From the NCBI GenBank assembly GCA_001898965.1, contig MKVW01000009.1, positions 1,776,818 to 1,840,817 on the forward strand: 64,000 nt of DNA, read 5' to 3'. Below, piece after piece: positions 51,792 to 62,191 of this stretch; within the stretch, counting starts at the first letter, position 1, and every line of letters starts with the position of its first letter. A program made the position numbers and the translations under genes. Source of the DNA: Rhizobiales bacterium 62-17. GTDB taxonomy: Bacteria; Pseudomonadota; Alphaproteobacteria; Rhizobiales; Beijerinckiaceae. Below the pieces are notes generated by a model. That model was given only the letters and a program-made list of their open reading frames with translations, made no database searches and was not told the origin of the DNA.

Positions 51792-52961
51792 ATGACGCAC
51801 CCGCTTTTTCTATTGTTCGGATACCCGATCGGCCTGCTCGAAATTGCCGCAGGCGGCGTGGCTTTTTGTGCCCTCGTTCTCTTCATCATGGCCATTGGCT
51901 TGATCCGCGCCGGCGGTGCCCGCCGGCTCGAAGCCGAGCTGGCGGCCGAGCGCCAGCGCGAGATCGACGACAAGATGGCGGCGCTGAGCCAGATCAACGC
52001 CGAGCTCTCCGGCCGCTTGCGCGGCATGGGTGATGCGCTGACGAGCCGCCAGGGCGAACTGGCGCGTCTGCTGACCGATCGGCTGGATGCTGTCGGCCAT
52101 CGTGTGGGGCAGGGGCTTGAGTCGAGCGGCCGCTTCACCGCCGATCAATTGACCAAACTGTCCGAACGCCTCGCCGTCATCGACAAGGCCCAGGAGAAGC
52201 TCACCGGGATGACCCAGGAAGTGGTCAGCCTGAAAGACATTCTCGCCAACAAGCAGTCGCGCGGCGCCTTTGGCCAAGGCCGCATGGAGGCCATCGTCCG
52301 CGACGGTCTGCAGGCCTCGGCCTACGAGTTTCAAGCGACGCTTTCCAATGGCAGCCGCCCGGACTGTCTCATCCGCCTGCCGGGCGACGAGCGCGCCATG
52401 GCCGTTGATGCCAAGTTTCCGCTTGAGGCTTTCACGGCGCTCAAGGATGCGGCCAATGACATGGAGCGCGACCATGCCGGCCGCCGCGTCCGTGCCGATC
52501 TTGCCAAGCACATCAAGGATATCGCCGACAAATATCTGCTGTCGGGCGAGACGCAGGATCTCGCTTTGCTGTTTGTGCCGTCTGAATCGATCTACGCCGA
52601 TCTCAACACCCATTTCGACGATGTGATCCAGCGTGCCAATCGGGCGCGCGTCATCATCGTCTCGCCGTCGTTGCTGATGATGGCGATCCAGGTGATGCAG
52701 AGCCTGGTGCGCGACCGGCGCATGCAGGAACAGACCCATCTCATCCAGCGCGAAGTGCGCAGTCTGCTCGACGATCTGCGCCGCCTTGGCGAACGGGTTG
52801 CCAAGCTCGACGCCCATTTCCGTCAAGCTCAGGATGATGTGGCGCAGATCACCACCTCGACCGAGAAACTGGTGCGCCGCGGTTCCCGCATCGATCAGCT
52901 TGAACTGGATCCCCAGTCCGCGCCGTCGGCTGCCCCATCGCTACGCAACGCGGCCGAATAG
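51792..52961 (+). CDS. rmuC: DNA recombination protein RmuC
   Basis: 389 aa from MTHPLFLLFG; N-terminal TM, coiled-coil, C-terminal RmuC nuclease-like domain. The upstream in-frame extension in the ORF track overlaps the minus-strand small gene and is rejected. Confidence 0.85.
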   Translation: MTHPLFLLFGYPIGLLEIAAGGVAFCALVLFIMAIGLIRAGGARRLEAELAAERQREIDDKMAALSQINAELSGRLRGMGDALTSRQGELARLLTDRLDAVGHRVGQGLESSGRFTADQLTKLSERLAVIDKAQEKLTGMTQEVVSLKDILANKQSRGAFGQGRMEAIVRDGLQASAYEFQATLSNGSRPDCLIRLPGDERAMAVDAKFPLEAFTALKDAANDMERDHAGRRVRADLAKHIKDIADKYLLSGETQDLALLFVPSESIYADLNTHFDDVIQRANRARVIIVSPSLLMMAIQVMQSLVRDRRMQEQTHLIQREVRSLLDDLRRLGERVAKLDAHFRQAQDDVAQITTSTEKLVRRGSRIDQLELDPQSAPSAAPSLRNAAE

Positions 52962-53061
52962 GTTCCACAGAAAGCAGCAGACCGCTCAAACTTTATGCTG
53001 AGACTTTGGTTTGAGCCCGAGACGCTTGGCAGGGCCAACGAGGCCGCTAAGCTAGCCCCTG

Positions 53062-53625
53062 GTGCAGGGGCACGGCATGACGGTTCGGCGGTTTCTTGAC
53101 GGTCTTTATCTCGGCGCGGGCGTTCTCGCCGGCGTTTTCCTGATCATCATCTTCGCTCTGATGATGGTCATGTCTGTTGGCCGCGAGATTGGTCTCAACA
53201 TTCCTGCCGGCGACGATTTCGCCTCCTGGTGCATGGCCGCCATGGCCTTTCTCGGCCTTGCCTATACGTTCCGCTCCGGCGAGATGATCCGCGTCGGCCT
53301 GTTGATCGATCGCTTTGAGGGCCGCCGGCGCTGGTTCTTCGAAATGTTCGCGCTGATCCTCGGCGTCGGCTTTTCGGTGTTCTTTGCCATTCACGCGGCG
53401 AAACTCACTTGGGAGTCCTGGCGCTTCAACGATATGGCCCAGGGCGTTCTCGCCATTCCGCTGTGGATCCCTCAGCTCGGCTATGCTGGTGGTCTGATCA
53501 TCCTCGCCATCGCCATGGTCGATGAACTCGTCCATGTCGCACGCGGCGGCGATCCGCGTTACGAAAAACCCAAGCCGCAGACCGCCGAAGAGGCCGTGCA
53601 ACGCGCCATCGAAAGCGCGGTGTAG
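53062..53625 (+). CDS. dctQ: TRAP transporter small permease subunit
   Basis: 187 aa; 4 TM helices; immediately upstream of dctM. Confidence 0.8.
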   Translation: MQGHGMTVRRFLDGLYLGAGVLAGVFLIIIFALMMVMSVGREIGLNIPAGDDFASWCMAAMAFLGLAYTFRSGEMIRVGLLIDRFEGRRRWFFEMFALILGVGFSVFFAIHAAKLTWESWRFNDMAQGVLAIPLWIPQLGYAGGLIILAIAMVDELVHVARGGDPRYEKPKPQTAEEAVQRAIESAV

Positions 53626-53628
53626 GCA

Positions 53629-54936
53629 ATGGATCTCATTCAGATCTCGCTTCTGCTGTTGCTGCTTCTGACGGTTCTGCTGGCCGGTGGCGTGTGGATC
53701 GCCATCGCTTTGATGGCCTGCGGCTGGGTCGGCATGCAATTCGTCGGTGGCGGCATTCCAGCAGGCTCCGTGCTCGCCACAACGATATGGGGCAATTCCG
53801 CATCCTGGACGTTGGCGGCGCTGCCCTTGTTCATCTGGATGGGCGAAATCCTGTTTCGCACGCAGCTCTCCGAAGAAATGTTCAGGGGATTGGCGCCCTG
53901 GCTCAATCGCGTGCCGGGCCGGCTGCTGCACGTCAATGTGCTCGCCTGCGGCATTTTCGGATCGGTTTCTGGATCGTCAGCCGCCACCTGCGCCACAGTG
54001 GCGAAGATCGCTCTGCCGGAACTGGTGAAGCGTGGCTACAACGAGAAGATCGCACTCGGCTCGCTGGCTGGCGCCGGCACGCTGGGCATTCTCATTCCGC
54101 CTTCGATCACCATGGTGGTCTATGCAGTGGCGGCCAATGTTTCGATCATCCAGGTTTTCCTGGCCGGCTTTCTGCCGGGCTTTCTGGTGATGGCGCTTTA
54201 CTCTGGCTATATCGCCGTCTGGGCGCTGCTCAATCCGCAATTGATGCCGGCGCGCGAACCGCGTCTGCCGCTGATCGACAAGCTCAGAGAATCCGCCAAT
54301 CTCATTCCCTGCCTGCTGCTCATCACCTTGGTGTTCGTGTCGCTCGTATTGGGCTGGGCCACGGCCACCGAATGCGCAGCCTGGGGCGTGCTGGGCTCGC
54401 TCGCGATAGCCTGGTGGCAGGGCGTGCTGACGCGCGAAAGTTTTTGGCTCAGCGTCATGGGCACGGTGCGCGTCACCTGCATGATCATGCTGATCCTGGC
54501 CGGTGCCTCCTTCATGGCGACATCGCTGGCCTATACGGGCATTCCGCTGGCGCTCGCCAATTGGGTCGATAGTCTGAGCCTCAGCCCCTATCTGCTCATC
54601 GTCGTGCTCACGATCATGTACATCCTACTCGGCACGGCACTCGATGGCATTTCGATGATCGTGCTTACCTCGGCGGTAGTTCTGCCGATGGTGCAGAAGG
54701 CTGGCTTCGATCTCGTCTGGTTCGGCATTTTCATGGTGCTGGTGGTCGAAATGGCGGAGGTGTCGCCGCCCGTCGGCTTCAATCTCTTCGTCCTGCAAAC
54801 CATGTCGGGCAAGGATTCGAACTTCGTCGCGCTGGCATCCTTGCCGTTCTTCTTTCTTCTCGTTGTCGCGGTGGCGATCATCACGGTGTTTCCGAGCATC
54901 GTGATGTGGCTGCCGCAACTGATCTTCCCTGGATAA
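53629..54936 (+). CDS. dctM: TRAP transporter large permease subunit
   Basis: 435 aa; 12-13 TM helices; DctM family. Confidence 0.9.
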   Translation: MDLIQISLLLLLLLTVLLAGGVWIAIALMACGWVGMQFVGGGIPAGSVLATTIWGNSASWTLAALPLFIWMGEILFRTQLSEEMFRGLAPWLNRVPGRLLHVNVLACGIFGSVSGSSAATCATVAKIALPELVKRGYNEKIALGSLAGAGTLGILIPPSITMVVYAVAANVSIIQVFLAGFLPGFLVMALYSGYIAVWALLNPQLMPAREPRLPLIDKLRESANLIPCLLLITLVFVSLVLGWATATECAAWGVLGSLAIAWWQGVLTRESFWLSVMGTVRVTCMIMLILAGASFMATSLAYTGIPLALANWVDSLSLSPYLLIVVLTIMYILLGTALDGISMIVLTSAVVLPMVQKAGFDLVWFGIFMVLVVEMAEVSPPVGFNLFVLQTMSGKDSNFVALASLPFFFLLVVAVAIITVFPSIVMWLPQLIFPG

Positions 54937-54961
54937 ACCTAGAAAGCAGAGGAGTGAGTGC

Positions 54962-55933
54962 ATGCTGACATATAGATATGCCGCGGCAGGGCTGATCTGC
55001 CTCCTCGCCACGCCGACCCTGGCCCAGACCAAATGGAATCTGCCGGCCGCTTACGCGACGACAAATTTTCACACCGAAAATCTCGCCCAATTCGCCAATG
55101 ACGTGAAGGCAGCGACAGGCGGCAAAATCGACATCACCATTCACGGCAATGCCTCGTTGTTCAAAGCGCCTGAGATCAAGCGTGCCGTACAGACCGGCCA
55201 GGCCCAGATGGGCGAAGTGTTGATATCCTTGCACGAAAACGAGAATCCGGTTTTTGGTATCGACACCATTCCCTTCCTCGCGACCAATTTCGATGAGGCC
55301 AAGAAACTTTGGCTGGCGTCAAAGCCTGCCGTGCAAAAAGCTTTCGATGCGCAGGGCCTGATGGTTCTGTTCTCCGTGCCCTGGCCGCCGCAAGGCATTT
55401 TCGCCAAGAAGGACATCAATACAGTCGACGACATGAAGGGCTTGAAGTGGCGCGCTTACAACGTCGGCACCAGCCGCATCGCCGATCTGGTGGGTGCGCA
55501 GCCCGTGACCGTGCAGGCGGCGGAACTACCGCAGGCGCTGGCGACCGGCGTGGTCAATGCCTTCATCACCTCTGGTGCCACGGGCTATGACTCCAAGGCC
55601 TGGGAAACGATCTCGCACTATTACGACACCCAAGCGTGGATTCCGAAAAACATCACTTTCGTCAACAAGGCGGCTTTCGCGAGCCTCGACAAGGAAAGCC
55701 AAACGGCGCTCCTGAATGCGGCGCAGGCGGCGGAAGAGCGCGGCTGGAAGACCGCCCAGGAAAAATCCAACTGGTATCTCTCCGAACTCGCCGCCAAGGG
55801 CATGAAAGTGCAGCCACCGTCGCCGGCTTTGAAGGACGGCCTAGGTAAAGTCGGCGAGCAATTGACGGCCGATTGGATCAAGCGCGCTGGCGGCGAGGGC
55901 CAGGCGGTGATCGATGCCTATAAGAAGATGTGA
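54962..55933 (+). CDS. dctP: TRAP transporter substrate-binding protein
   Basis: 323 aa; signal peptide; DctP-family. Confidence 0.85.
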   Translation: MLTYRYAAAGLICLLATPTLAQTKWNLPAAYATTNFHTENLAQFANDVKAATGGKIDITIHGNASLFKAPEIKRAVQTGQAQMGEVLISLHENENPVFGIDTIPFLATNFDEAKKLWLASKPAVQKAFDAQGLMVLFSVPWPPQGIFAKKDINTVDDMKGLKWRAYNVGTSRIADLVGAQPVTVQAAELPQALATGVVNAFITSGATGYDSKAWETISHYYDTQAWIPKNITFVNKAAFASLDKESQTALLNAAQAAEERGWKTAQEKSNWYLSELAAKGMKVQPPSPALKDGLGKVGEQLTADWIKRAGGEGQAVIDAYKKM

Positions 55934-55939
55934 AGCGCT

Positions 55940-56359
55940 TCAAACCTCGACGACGACGTAATCGTCTTCGATGCGCACCGGAAAGACCTCGGCGGCTTTC
56001 GGCGGCGCGTCGAGGTCGATCTCGCCGCCCTGGACGACCGCCGTTTCATAATGGCGGACGCGCACGCGGCTGGGATCGCACTGGGCGCGGCCGGTGCGCA
56101 GATCGAACTCCCAGCCATGCCAGGGGCATTTCACCAGTTCGTCCTTGCGCGAATAGCAGTATTCGCCCGGCATTTTCGACTCGACGAGGCCGACAAGCTT
56201 GCCGTCGATCAGATGGCCGCCCTCATGCGGGCAGCGATTGCCGAGCGCATGGAATTCGCCGTTGACGTTGAACACGGCGATCTGGCGGTTGTTGACCTCG
56301 ACCAGTTTGCGGCTGCCCGGCGGCAGTTCCTTCACGGCGGCGACGATATGTTTGGCCAT
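55940..56359 (-). CDS. Rieske [2Fe-2S] ferredoxin-like protein
   Basis: 139 aa from MAKHIVAAVKELPPGS; Rieske boxes CPHEGG and CPWHGW; start is 2 nt after the upstream amidohydrolase stop. Confidence 0.8.
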   Translation of the reverse strand: MAKHIVAAVKELPPGSRKLVEVNNRQIAVFNVNGEFHALGNRCPHEGGHLIDGKLVGLVESKMPGEYCYSRKDELVKCPWHGWEFDLRTGRAQCDPSRVRVRHYETAVVQGGEIDLDAPPKAAEVFPVRIEDDYVVVEV

Positions 56360-56361
56360 GA

Positions 56362-57423
56362 TCAGAGCCCCAACCGCGGATAGGTGGCCAGCGGATTGTC
56401 GACGAGGATGCGCCGATGCAGACCGGCGGGAATGCCGGGCGGCATGATCTCGTCGCCGTCGAATTGCCAATGCGGATAGTCGGACGAATAGAGCAGCATG
56501 TCGTCGGACTGAAAATGTTCGATGGCGCGCGCCACGATGTCCGGATCGTCTGGTGTGTCGAGCGGCTGGATCGTCAGGCGGAAGTGATCGCGCACAATCT
56601 CGTTGGGCGAACGGTCGATCCACGGGATCTCGGCGCGCACGCCGCGCCAGAATTTCGACAGCCGCCAGACGAAGCCGGGCAGCCAGGTCACGCCGGATTC
56701 GATCAACACGGCTTTCAGCTTGGGAAATTTAACGAAGACGCCTTCGCAGACGAGGCTTGCGAGCTGCGATTGGAAGCCGAGCGATTGCGCCGCATAGTCC
56801 TCGACATAATAGGTTGGCCAGCCGAGCGACGTCACCGGATAGCGATAGGCGCTGCCCGCATGAATGCCGAGTGGTAGGTTGTGGCGCTCGGCCGCCGCAT
56901 AGATCGGCCAGAACTGCCGGCGCCCGAGCGGCGTTTCGCCCATACATAAAACCAGAATTTGCACGAAGCGCTTGTCGACGGCGCAGCGCTCGATTTCGTC
57001 CACCGCATGTTCGACATTCTGCAGCGGCACGACGATGGACGCGCGCAGGCGTGGATCGCGATCGAGCCATTCCTTCACCACCCAATCGTTCACCGCGCGG
57101 GCGAAGGCCTGCGCCATGTCCTCATTGAAGACGAGCTGCACGCCATAGAGACAATTCAGGATGGCGATATCGGCCTGCCATTTGTCCAGCGCTTGCTGGC
57201 CGACTTCGCTGGCATCGAGGCCGGCGCGGCCGTTCTCGCCACGAAAATCCGCCCGTGCGGTGAGCGGCGCCAACGGTGGATAGCTGATCGTATCGAGCGT
57301 GGTGATCTCGCGCTCGATCACCGTTTCGCGCCAATGATCGTTGAGATAGGGCAGCAGCGTCTGCATGCTCGGCACGGTGGGATGCACGTCGCAATCAACG
57401 GCGCGGATGTCGGACAGGTTCAC
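56362..57423 (-). CDS. amidohydrolase_2 (TIM-barrel metal-dependent hydrolase/decarboxylase/lactonase) family protein
   Basis: About 353 aa from GTG (VNLSDIRAVDCDVHPT...); N-terminal DxDxH metal motif and C-terminal SDYPHW. The longer in-frame extension overlaps the upstream paralogue and is rejected. Confidence 0.75.
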   Translation of the reverse strand: MNLSDIRAVDCDVHPTVPSMQTLLPYLNDHWRETVIEREITTLDTISYPPLAPLTARADFRGENGRAGLDASEVGQQALDKWQADIAILNCLYGVQLVFNEDMAQAFARAVNDWVVKEWLDRDPRLRASIVVPLQNVEHAVDEIERCAVDKRFVQILVLCMGETPLGRRQFWPIYAAAERHNLPLGIHAGSAYRYPVTSLGWPTYYVEDYAAQSLGFQSQLASLVCEGVFVKFPKLKAVLIESGVTWLPGFVWRLSKFWRGVRAEIPWIDRSPNEIVRDHFRLTIQPLDTPDDPDIVARAIEHFQSDDMLLYSSDYPHWQFDGDEIMPPGIPAGLHRRILVDNPLATYPRLGL

Positions 57424-57452
57424 CTTGCAAGGCTCCGGAAGGGGTAAAGAGA

Positions 57453-58553
57453 TCAGAGGCGAAAGACGCTCATGGCGTTTTCCGAGCGCAGCTTGCGGCG
57501 GCGTTCCTCGCTCCAGTTCGGCGGCACGGCGAAAACCGGATCGTCGAAATCCCAATGGGCATAGTCGCTGGCGAACATCACTCGGTCCCAGCCGATCCAA
57601 TCGATCAGATCGACGAGATATTCCGGCTTCTCCGGCTCTTCGATCGGCTGCGTCGTCACATAGACATTCTGCTTCAGATATTCGGACGGCGGCCGTTTCA
57701 GATGCGGCACCTCGCCCTTCATCTTCTGCCAATGTTTGTCGAGCCGCCAGCCCAGCGACGGCACCCAGCCGAAACCGGCTTCGATCATCACCACTTTCAA
57801 AGTTGGGAAACGCTCGAACAACCCTTCCATGATCATCGAGGAAATCAAGGCCGAGCAGGCCGTGCCATGTTCCGCCATTTCCTCGATATAGAAGGAGGGC
57901 CAACCCGAATTGGAGATCGGAATGCCCGAATAGCCGAACACATGGATGCCGATGGGTAGATTATGTTCGACGGCGGCTTCATAGATCGGCCAGTATTTGC
58001 GGCGCCCCAAAGCCTCGTTGGTGCGACTGAGCAGAAACACCTGACAGAAGGCTTTGTTGGGCGCGCGCTTGTGAATCTCCGCTACCGAGGCCTCGACATG
58101 CTCATAGGGCACGACGATGGAAGGGCGCAGGCGCGGTTCCTTGGCGTGCCACAGATCGAGCTGCCAATCGTTATGCGCTGAAGCCAAAGCGGCGGACAGA
58201 TCGAGATTCTGATCGCCGGAGCCGGGCCAGAGCGGGTTCATGATGCCGATGTCGACACCGTGATAATCGAGATGCTGTTCCTGCATCAGGGGCAGGGAAC
58301 TGCCGGCCGGATCGCCATTGGTGGGCCAGGCATCGCGCCGCGCACCATCGCCCGGTTGCGATTTCGGATAAGGATGGCCTTTGACGAAACCGTGCCGCTT
58401 GCGCAGGCCATAGGTCTGCCACGTATCCCACCAGCGTGACGATAGATAGGGCTTCAGGTCTTCCGGCTTGCGAAGACGCGGATGGATGTCGCAATCGACC
58501 AGTGCAAGCTTGTTGTTGGGCCTGAACTGCGCTTTCGGCGCATTCACATTCAT
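57453..58553 (-). CDS. amidohydrolase_2 family protein (paralogue)
   Basis: 366 aa; LVDCDIHPR ... ASDYAHWDFD; same family as the downstream gene. Confidence 0.8.
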   Translation of the reverse strand: MNVNAPKAQFRPNNKLALVDCDIHPRLRKPEDLKPYLSSRWWDTWQTYGLRKRHGFVKGHPYPKSQPGDGARRDAWPTNGDPAGSSLPLMQEQHLDYHGVDIGIMNPLWPGSGDQNLDLSAALASAHNDWQLDLWHAKEPRLRPSIVVPYEHVEASVAEIHKRAPNKAFCQVFLLSRTNEALGRRKYWPIYEAAVEHNLPIGIHVFGYSGIPISNSGWPSFYIEEMAEHGTACSALISSMIMEGLFERFPTLKVVMIEAGFGWVPSLGWRLDKHWQKMKGEVPHLKRPPSEYLKQNVYVTTQPIEEPEKPEYLVDLIDWIGWDRVMFASDYAHWDFDDPVFAVPPNWSEERRRKLRSENAMSVFRL

Positions 58554-58628
58554 GGCGCATTCCTCCGGGCGCGACGCGGCACCTGCTTTTCCATACTTTT
58601 AGCGCGTCCGCGCTTGAAATGCACCCCG

Positions 58629-59816
58629 CTAACGCTTCGGCCAGGGCCGGGCGCGGAGTGCCTCTTCATTGACCTCCGTACCCCAACCGGGTCCGGTGGG
58701 CAGGACGAATTCGCCTTTCTCCAGCGTGGGTGGCACGGTGACGAATTCGTCCCGCCACGGCACGTCGTCCACTTCCAGTTCCATGATGCGGAAATTGGGA
58801 ATGGCGGCGCAGAAATGCGCGCTCATGATGCTGGCAAGCGTGCCATAAAAATTGTGTGGCGCGCAGTTCACCTCATAGGCATCAGCCAGAGTGGCGATGC
58901 GCACCGATTCCCAAAGGCCATTCCATGGCACGTCGACCACGGCGACATCGGCAGCGCCTTCTTCGAAATAGGGTCGATATCCTCTTAGGCCATGGATCGA
59001 TTCCAGCGAGGCAATCGGCACCCGGCTGGACCGGCGCACATGCGCCAGTGCCTGGGGATCGTGCATGTCGATCTCGAACCAGGTGAGGTCGAACGGCTCC
59101 AGCGCGCGGGCGATGCGCAGGAACCCTTCCGTGCGCTGGCTGAAATTGATGTCGAGCATCAGGCCGGTTTGCGAGCCAAGCCCCTCGCGAAAGGCCGCGA
59201 GCATGTCGGTGATGGCGCCGATGAAGGCGCCGTCGATATTGCGTTCCAACAGTTTCGGATAGAGGCGGAAGCCGCCTTCGAACATTTTCAGGCGGCCGTT
59301 TTCGAGAAACAGCGGATTGGTCTTGATGGCGCTGAAGCCGCGCGCCACTGCTTCCTGTCCCAATGTCTTGAGATCGTCCAGGGTTTCCACCCGTGGCTTG
59401 CCCCATGTCTCGAAAAGGTCGGCGAAGCGAACGCGGAAACTGCCGCAGTGAGACCAGTAGACCGGCAGCCGCGTGCGGAAAGGCCCGCCGAACAAAGCAT
59501 AGACCGGCACGCCAAGCGCCTTCGCCTTGATGTCGAGACAGGCATTCTCGATGGCCGCGATGGCTTGATTGTTCAGGCCGCCCGCCGCCAGCCGCGTGAT
59601 CGCTTGCAGCGAAGCCGTGATCTTGCCGACTTCTCTTGGATCAAGACCCTGAATGATCGGCTCGAAGCGCCGCAGCAGATCGCTGACGCCGCCGGCGCCG
59701 AAATTCTCCGCATATTCGGCCCAGCCGACGAGACCTTCGTCGGTGCTGATCTTGAGAAAGGAGGCCGGTCGCCAACCCATGTCGGCGTGGAACTGCTCCA
59801 GTTTGACGATCTTCAC
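58629..59816 (-). CDS. enolase-superfamily protein (mandelate racemase/muconate lactonizing enzyme family; likely sugar-acid dehydratase or cycloisomerase)
   Basis: 395 aa; MR/MLE N-terminal capping domain and TIM-barrel with metal ligands (DINFSQR, ELEVD, DVPWN). Confidence 0.85.
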   Translation of the reverse strand: MKIVKLEQFHADMGWRPASFLKISTDEGLVGWAEYAENFGAGGVSDLLRRFEPIIQGLDPREVGKITASLQAITRLAAGGLNNQAIAAIENACLDIKAKALGVPVYALFGGPFRTRLPVYWSHCGSFRVRFADLFETWGKPRVETLDDLKTLGQEAVARGFSAIKTNPLFLENGRLKMFEGGFRLYPKLLERNIDGAFIGAITDMLAAFREGLGSQTGLMLDINFSQRTEGFLRIARALEPFDLTWFEIDMHDPQALAHVRRSSRVPIASLESIHGLRGYRPYFEEGAADVAVVDVPWNGLWESVRIATLADAYEVNCAPHNFYGTLASIMSAHFCAAIPNFRIMELEVDDVPWRDEFVTVPPTLEKGEFVLPTGPGWGTEVNEEALRARPWPKR

Positions 59817-59836
59817 GTTTCCCCCTGATGTTTGTT

Positions 59837-60658
59837 TTAATCGGCTTGCCCGAGCAGCAGACCGCCGTCGATGACGATGTGAATGCCGGTAATGTAATCG
59901 GAGGCGCGCGAGGCGAGGAACAGGGCTGCGCCCTGCATGTCTTCCGGCGTCGCCACGCGATGCATCGGATTGACCTTTTCGAAGGGCGCGCGTGCCGCCG
60001 CGTCCTTCAGCCGGCCGCCACCGATATTGGTGATGGCCGGTCCCGGCGCGATGGCGTTGACATTGATGTTATAGCTCGCCAGTTCGATCGCTACCTGCCG
60101 CACGATCTGCCCGACGGCCGCTTTCGACACCACATAGCTCGAACCGACATATTGCTCGATCTTCATCGATGAGATCGAGCTCGTCACCACGATCTTGCCG
60201 CCACCCTGTTTCTTCATCTGCGGGATGGCGGCGCGCAGAGTGCGGATGACGCCATGAACGTTGGTGTCGATCACCCGGTCCCACAATTCGTCGGCGATCA
60301 CCTCGAAAGCCGTATCGGGATTGCGTGAATTATCGGTGCGCAGGAAGCCCGGTCCGCCGCTGATGCCGGCATTGGCGAAAACCACGTCGAGCCGGCCCTC
60401 GTGGGCGATCACGCTGTCGAACAGGCGGCGAACATCGGCGTCCTGGGTGATGTCGGCGGTCATGGCGGTTGTCGCATATCCGGCATCGCGCAGGCGCATG
60501 GCTTCCCGGTTCACCGCGGGCTCATCGCGGTCGGCCATCGTCACTTTGGCGCCATTGGTCGCCATGGCCTCGGCGATCGCCAGGCCGATCCCGCTGGCCG
60601 CGCCCGTCACAACGATGGATTTGCCCTCTACCGCAAAGAGATTTTCAACTCTGGCCAT
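59837..60658 (-). CDS. SDR family oxidoreductase
   Basis: 273 aa; TGAASGIGLAIA NAD(P) site; catalytic YxxxK. Confidence 0.85.
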   Translation of the reverse strand: MARVENLFAVEGKSIVVTGAASGIGLAIAEAMATNGAKVTMADRDEPAVNREAMRLRDAGYATTAMTADITQDADVRRLFDSVIAHEGRLDVVFANAGISGGPGFLRTDNSRNPDTAFEVIADELWDRVIDTNVHGVIRTLRAAIPQMKKQGGGKIVVTSSISSMKIEQYVGSSYVVSKAAVGQIVRQVAIELASYNINVNAIAPGPAITNIGGGRLKDAAARAPFEKVNPMHRVATPEDMQGAALFLASRASDYITGIHIVIDGGLLLGQAD

Positions 60659-60859
60659 CTTGCCTCCCCTAAATTGGGCGGCAGGATGGCGGCGGCCTCG
60701 CCGTAAAGCAAGCGCCCGCCAATCGCCGGTTTGGTCTCAGCATCAACCATTTGTCGGGGCTGCCATCCATTGACAAGGTCACGGCGGCGTGGCGACAGTA
60801 TTGCCCAACAAAGAAAGCCAGCGCATTGGGCACTGGCCAAATGGGTGGAAACGATACGC

Positions 60860-61705
60860 ATGGCGCCACGCAACATCAAAAATGTCGCGGTGATCGGCCT
60901 GGGCAAGATGGGCAACCCAATTTCACGCCACTTGCTCAATGGTGGGTTCGTCGTCTCTGGCTTCGATGTGGATCCCAAGGCCTGCAAGTCGGCGGCCTGC
61001 AAAGGGATCGCCATCGCGCCCACGCCCGGACAGGCTGTCGTCGAGGCCGATCTCGTCATCGTTCTGGTGGCGGAAGAGAGCGATGTGGAAAGGGTTCTGT
61101 TCGGACCCGATGGTGTAGTCGCGCGGGCGAAACCCGAAACGATCGTTGGTATCGCCACGACCACGTCTCCCGTGAGCATGATCCACTTCGCCGTGCGGTT
61201 GCGCGACAGCGGATTGATCCCCATCGATATCCCCATCTGCCGTGGTGAGCGTCCGGCCGAGGCCGGCAAACTGCTGATCACCGGCGGCGGCGAAAAAGCC
61301 GTCTTCGACGCCTGCCGGAAAGCCTTCTCCACCTTCGCCAGTTCGATCTACCGCCTGGGTGACGTCGGCGCCGGCCAGGTCGGCAAGATGGTCAATAATC
61401 TCATCCTGTGGAGCTGCGTCTCCGCCAATCACGAAGGCTTCAAACTGGGCGACCAGTATGGCGTCGATGGCGTGGTGATGCGCGAGATGCTGCTCGACAG
61501 CAGCGCCTCGAACTGGGCGCTGGAGACGCAGGCGCAGCGCTACGGCATGCCCTCGGCCGAACGCGATATGATGATTGCTTTGGCCGAGGCCGACCGGCTG
61601 CGCGTCAGCCTGCCGCTCACCGGCACGGCCAAGGAAGTGATCAAGGGCATCAAGATCGAACGGGAAGAACATTTCCCGTTCGAGGAAAAGAAGAGTGGCA
61701 CTTAA
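60860..61705 (+). CDS. NAD(P)-dependent oxidoreductase of the 3-hydroxyisobutyrate dehydrogenase / 6-phosphogluconate dehydrogenase-like family
   Basis: 281 aa from MAPRNIKNVAVIGLGKMGNPIS (Rossmann GxGxxG) with C-terminal helical domain. Confidence 0.8.
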   Translation: MAPRNIKNVAVIGLGKMGNPISRHLLNGGFVVSGFDVDPKACKSAACKGIAIAPTPGQAVVEADLVIVLVAEESDVERVLFGPDGVVARAKPETIVGIATTTSPVSMIHFAVRLRDSGLIPIDIPICRGERPAEAGKLLITGGGEKAVFDACRKAFSTFASSIYRLGDVGAGQVGKMVNNLILWSCVSANHEGFKLGDQYGVDGVVMREMLLDSSASNWALETQAQRYGMPSAERDMMIALAEADRLRVSLPLTGTAKEVIKGIKIEREEHFPFEEKKSGT

Positions 61706-62109
61706 ACCCCAGGCTTCACCGCATATTGCTCGTCGGTGACATGTTCGAGCCAGTCGACATGCTTGCCATTCTTGGCTTCCTGCATGGCGATATGTTCCAT
61801 GCGGATCGTGGGCGCCGCGCCGTGCCAGTGCTTTTCCTCCGGCGCGAAATAGATGACGTCGCCGGCGCGCACTTCGCGCACCACGCCGCCCCACACCTGT
61901 ACCAGGCCAAATCCTGAGGTGATGAACAAAGTTTGGCCGAGCGGATGGGTGTGCCAGGCGGTACGCGCGCCTGGTTCAAAGGCGACGCGCACGGCGCGCT
62001 GCGCCGCGGGCTCCGGCGCCTCGATGATTGGATCCTGCCAGACGGTGCCGGTGAAATAGGACGCCGGAGCGCGGACGGACGGGATGGAGCCGAGCGGGCG
62101 GATGATCAT
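61702..62109 (-). CDS. cupin domain protein
   Basis: 135 aa from MIIRPLGS; cupin motifs (WHTHPLGQTLFITSG ... GDVIYFAPEEKHWHGA). Confidence 0.75.
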   Translation of the reverse strand: MIIRPLGSIPSVRAPASYFTGTVWQDPIIEAPEPAAQRAVRVAFEPGARTAWHTHPLGQTLFITSGFGLVQVWGGVVREVRAGDVIYFAPEEKHWHGAAPTIRMEHIAMQEAKNGKHVDWLEHVTDEQYAVKPGV

Positions 62110-62191
62110 GGGGCGGGTCCTTTCGTGGTCGCGTTTCGCGCCTGGTGATTTTCCAGCATAGTATCGGCCGGCGACGAGGGGGAAGCACGAA

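Noticed and set aside
57424-57903. Long in-frame upstream extension of amidohydrolase ORF 56362..57903
   Set aside because: The extension (MALLLYRGNGG...) overlaps the upstream paralogue (57453..58553) in another frame. The family-conserved N-terminus starts at VNLSDIRAVDCDVHP (GTG 57423) with a GGAG RBS.
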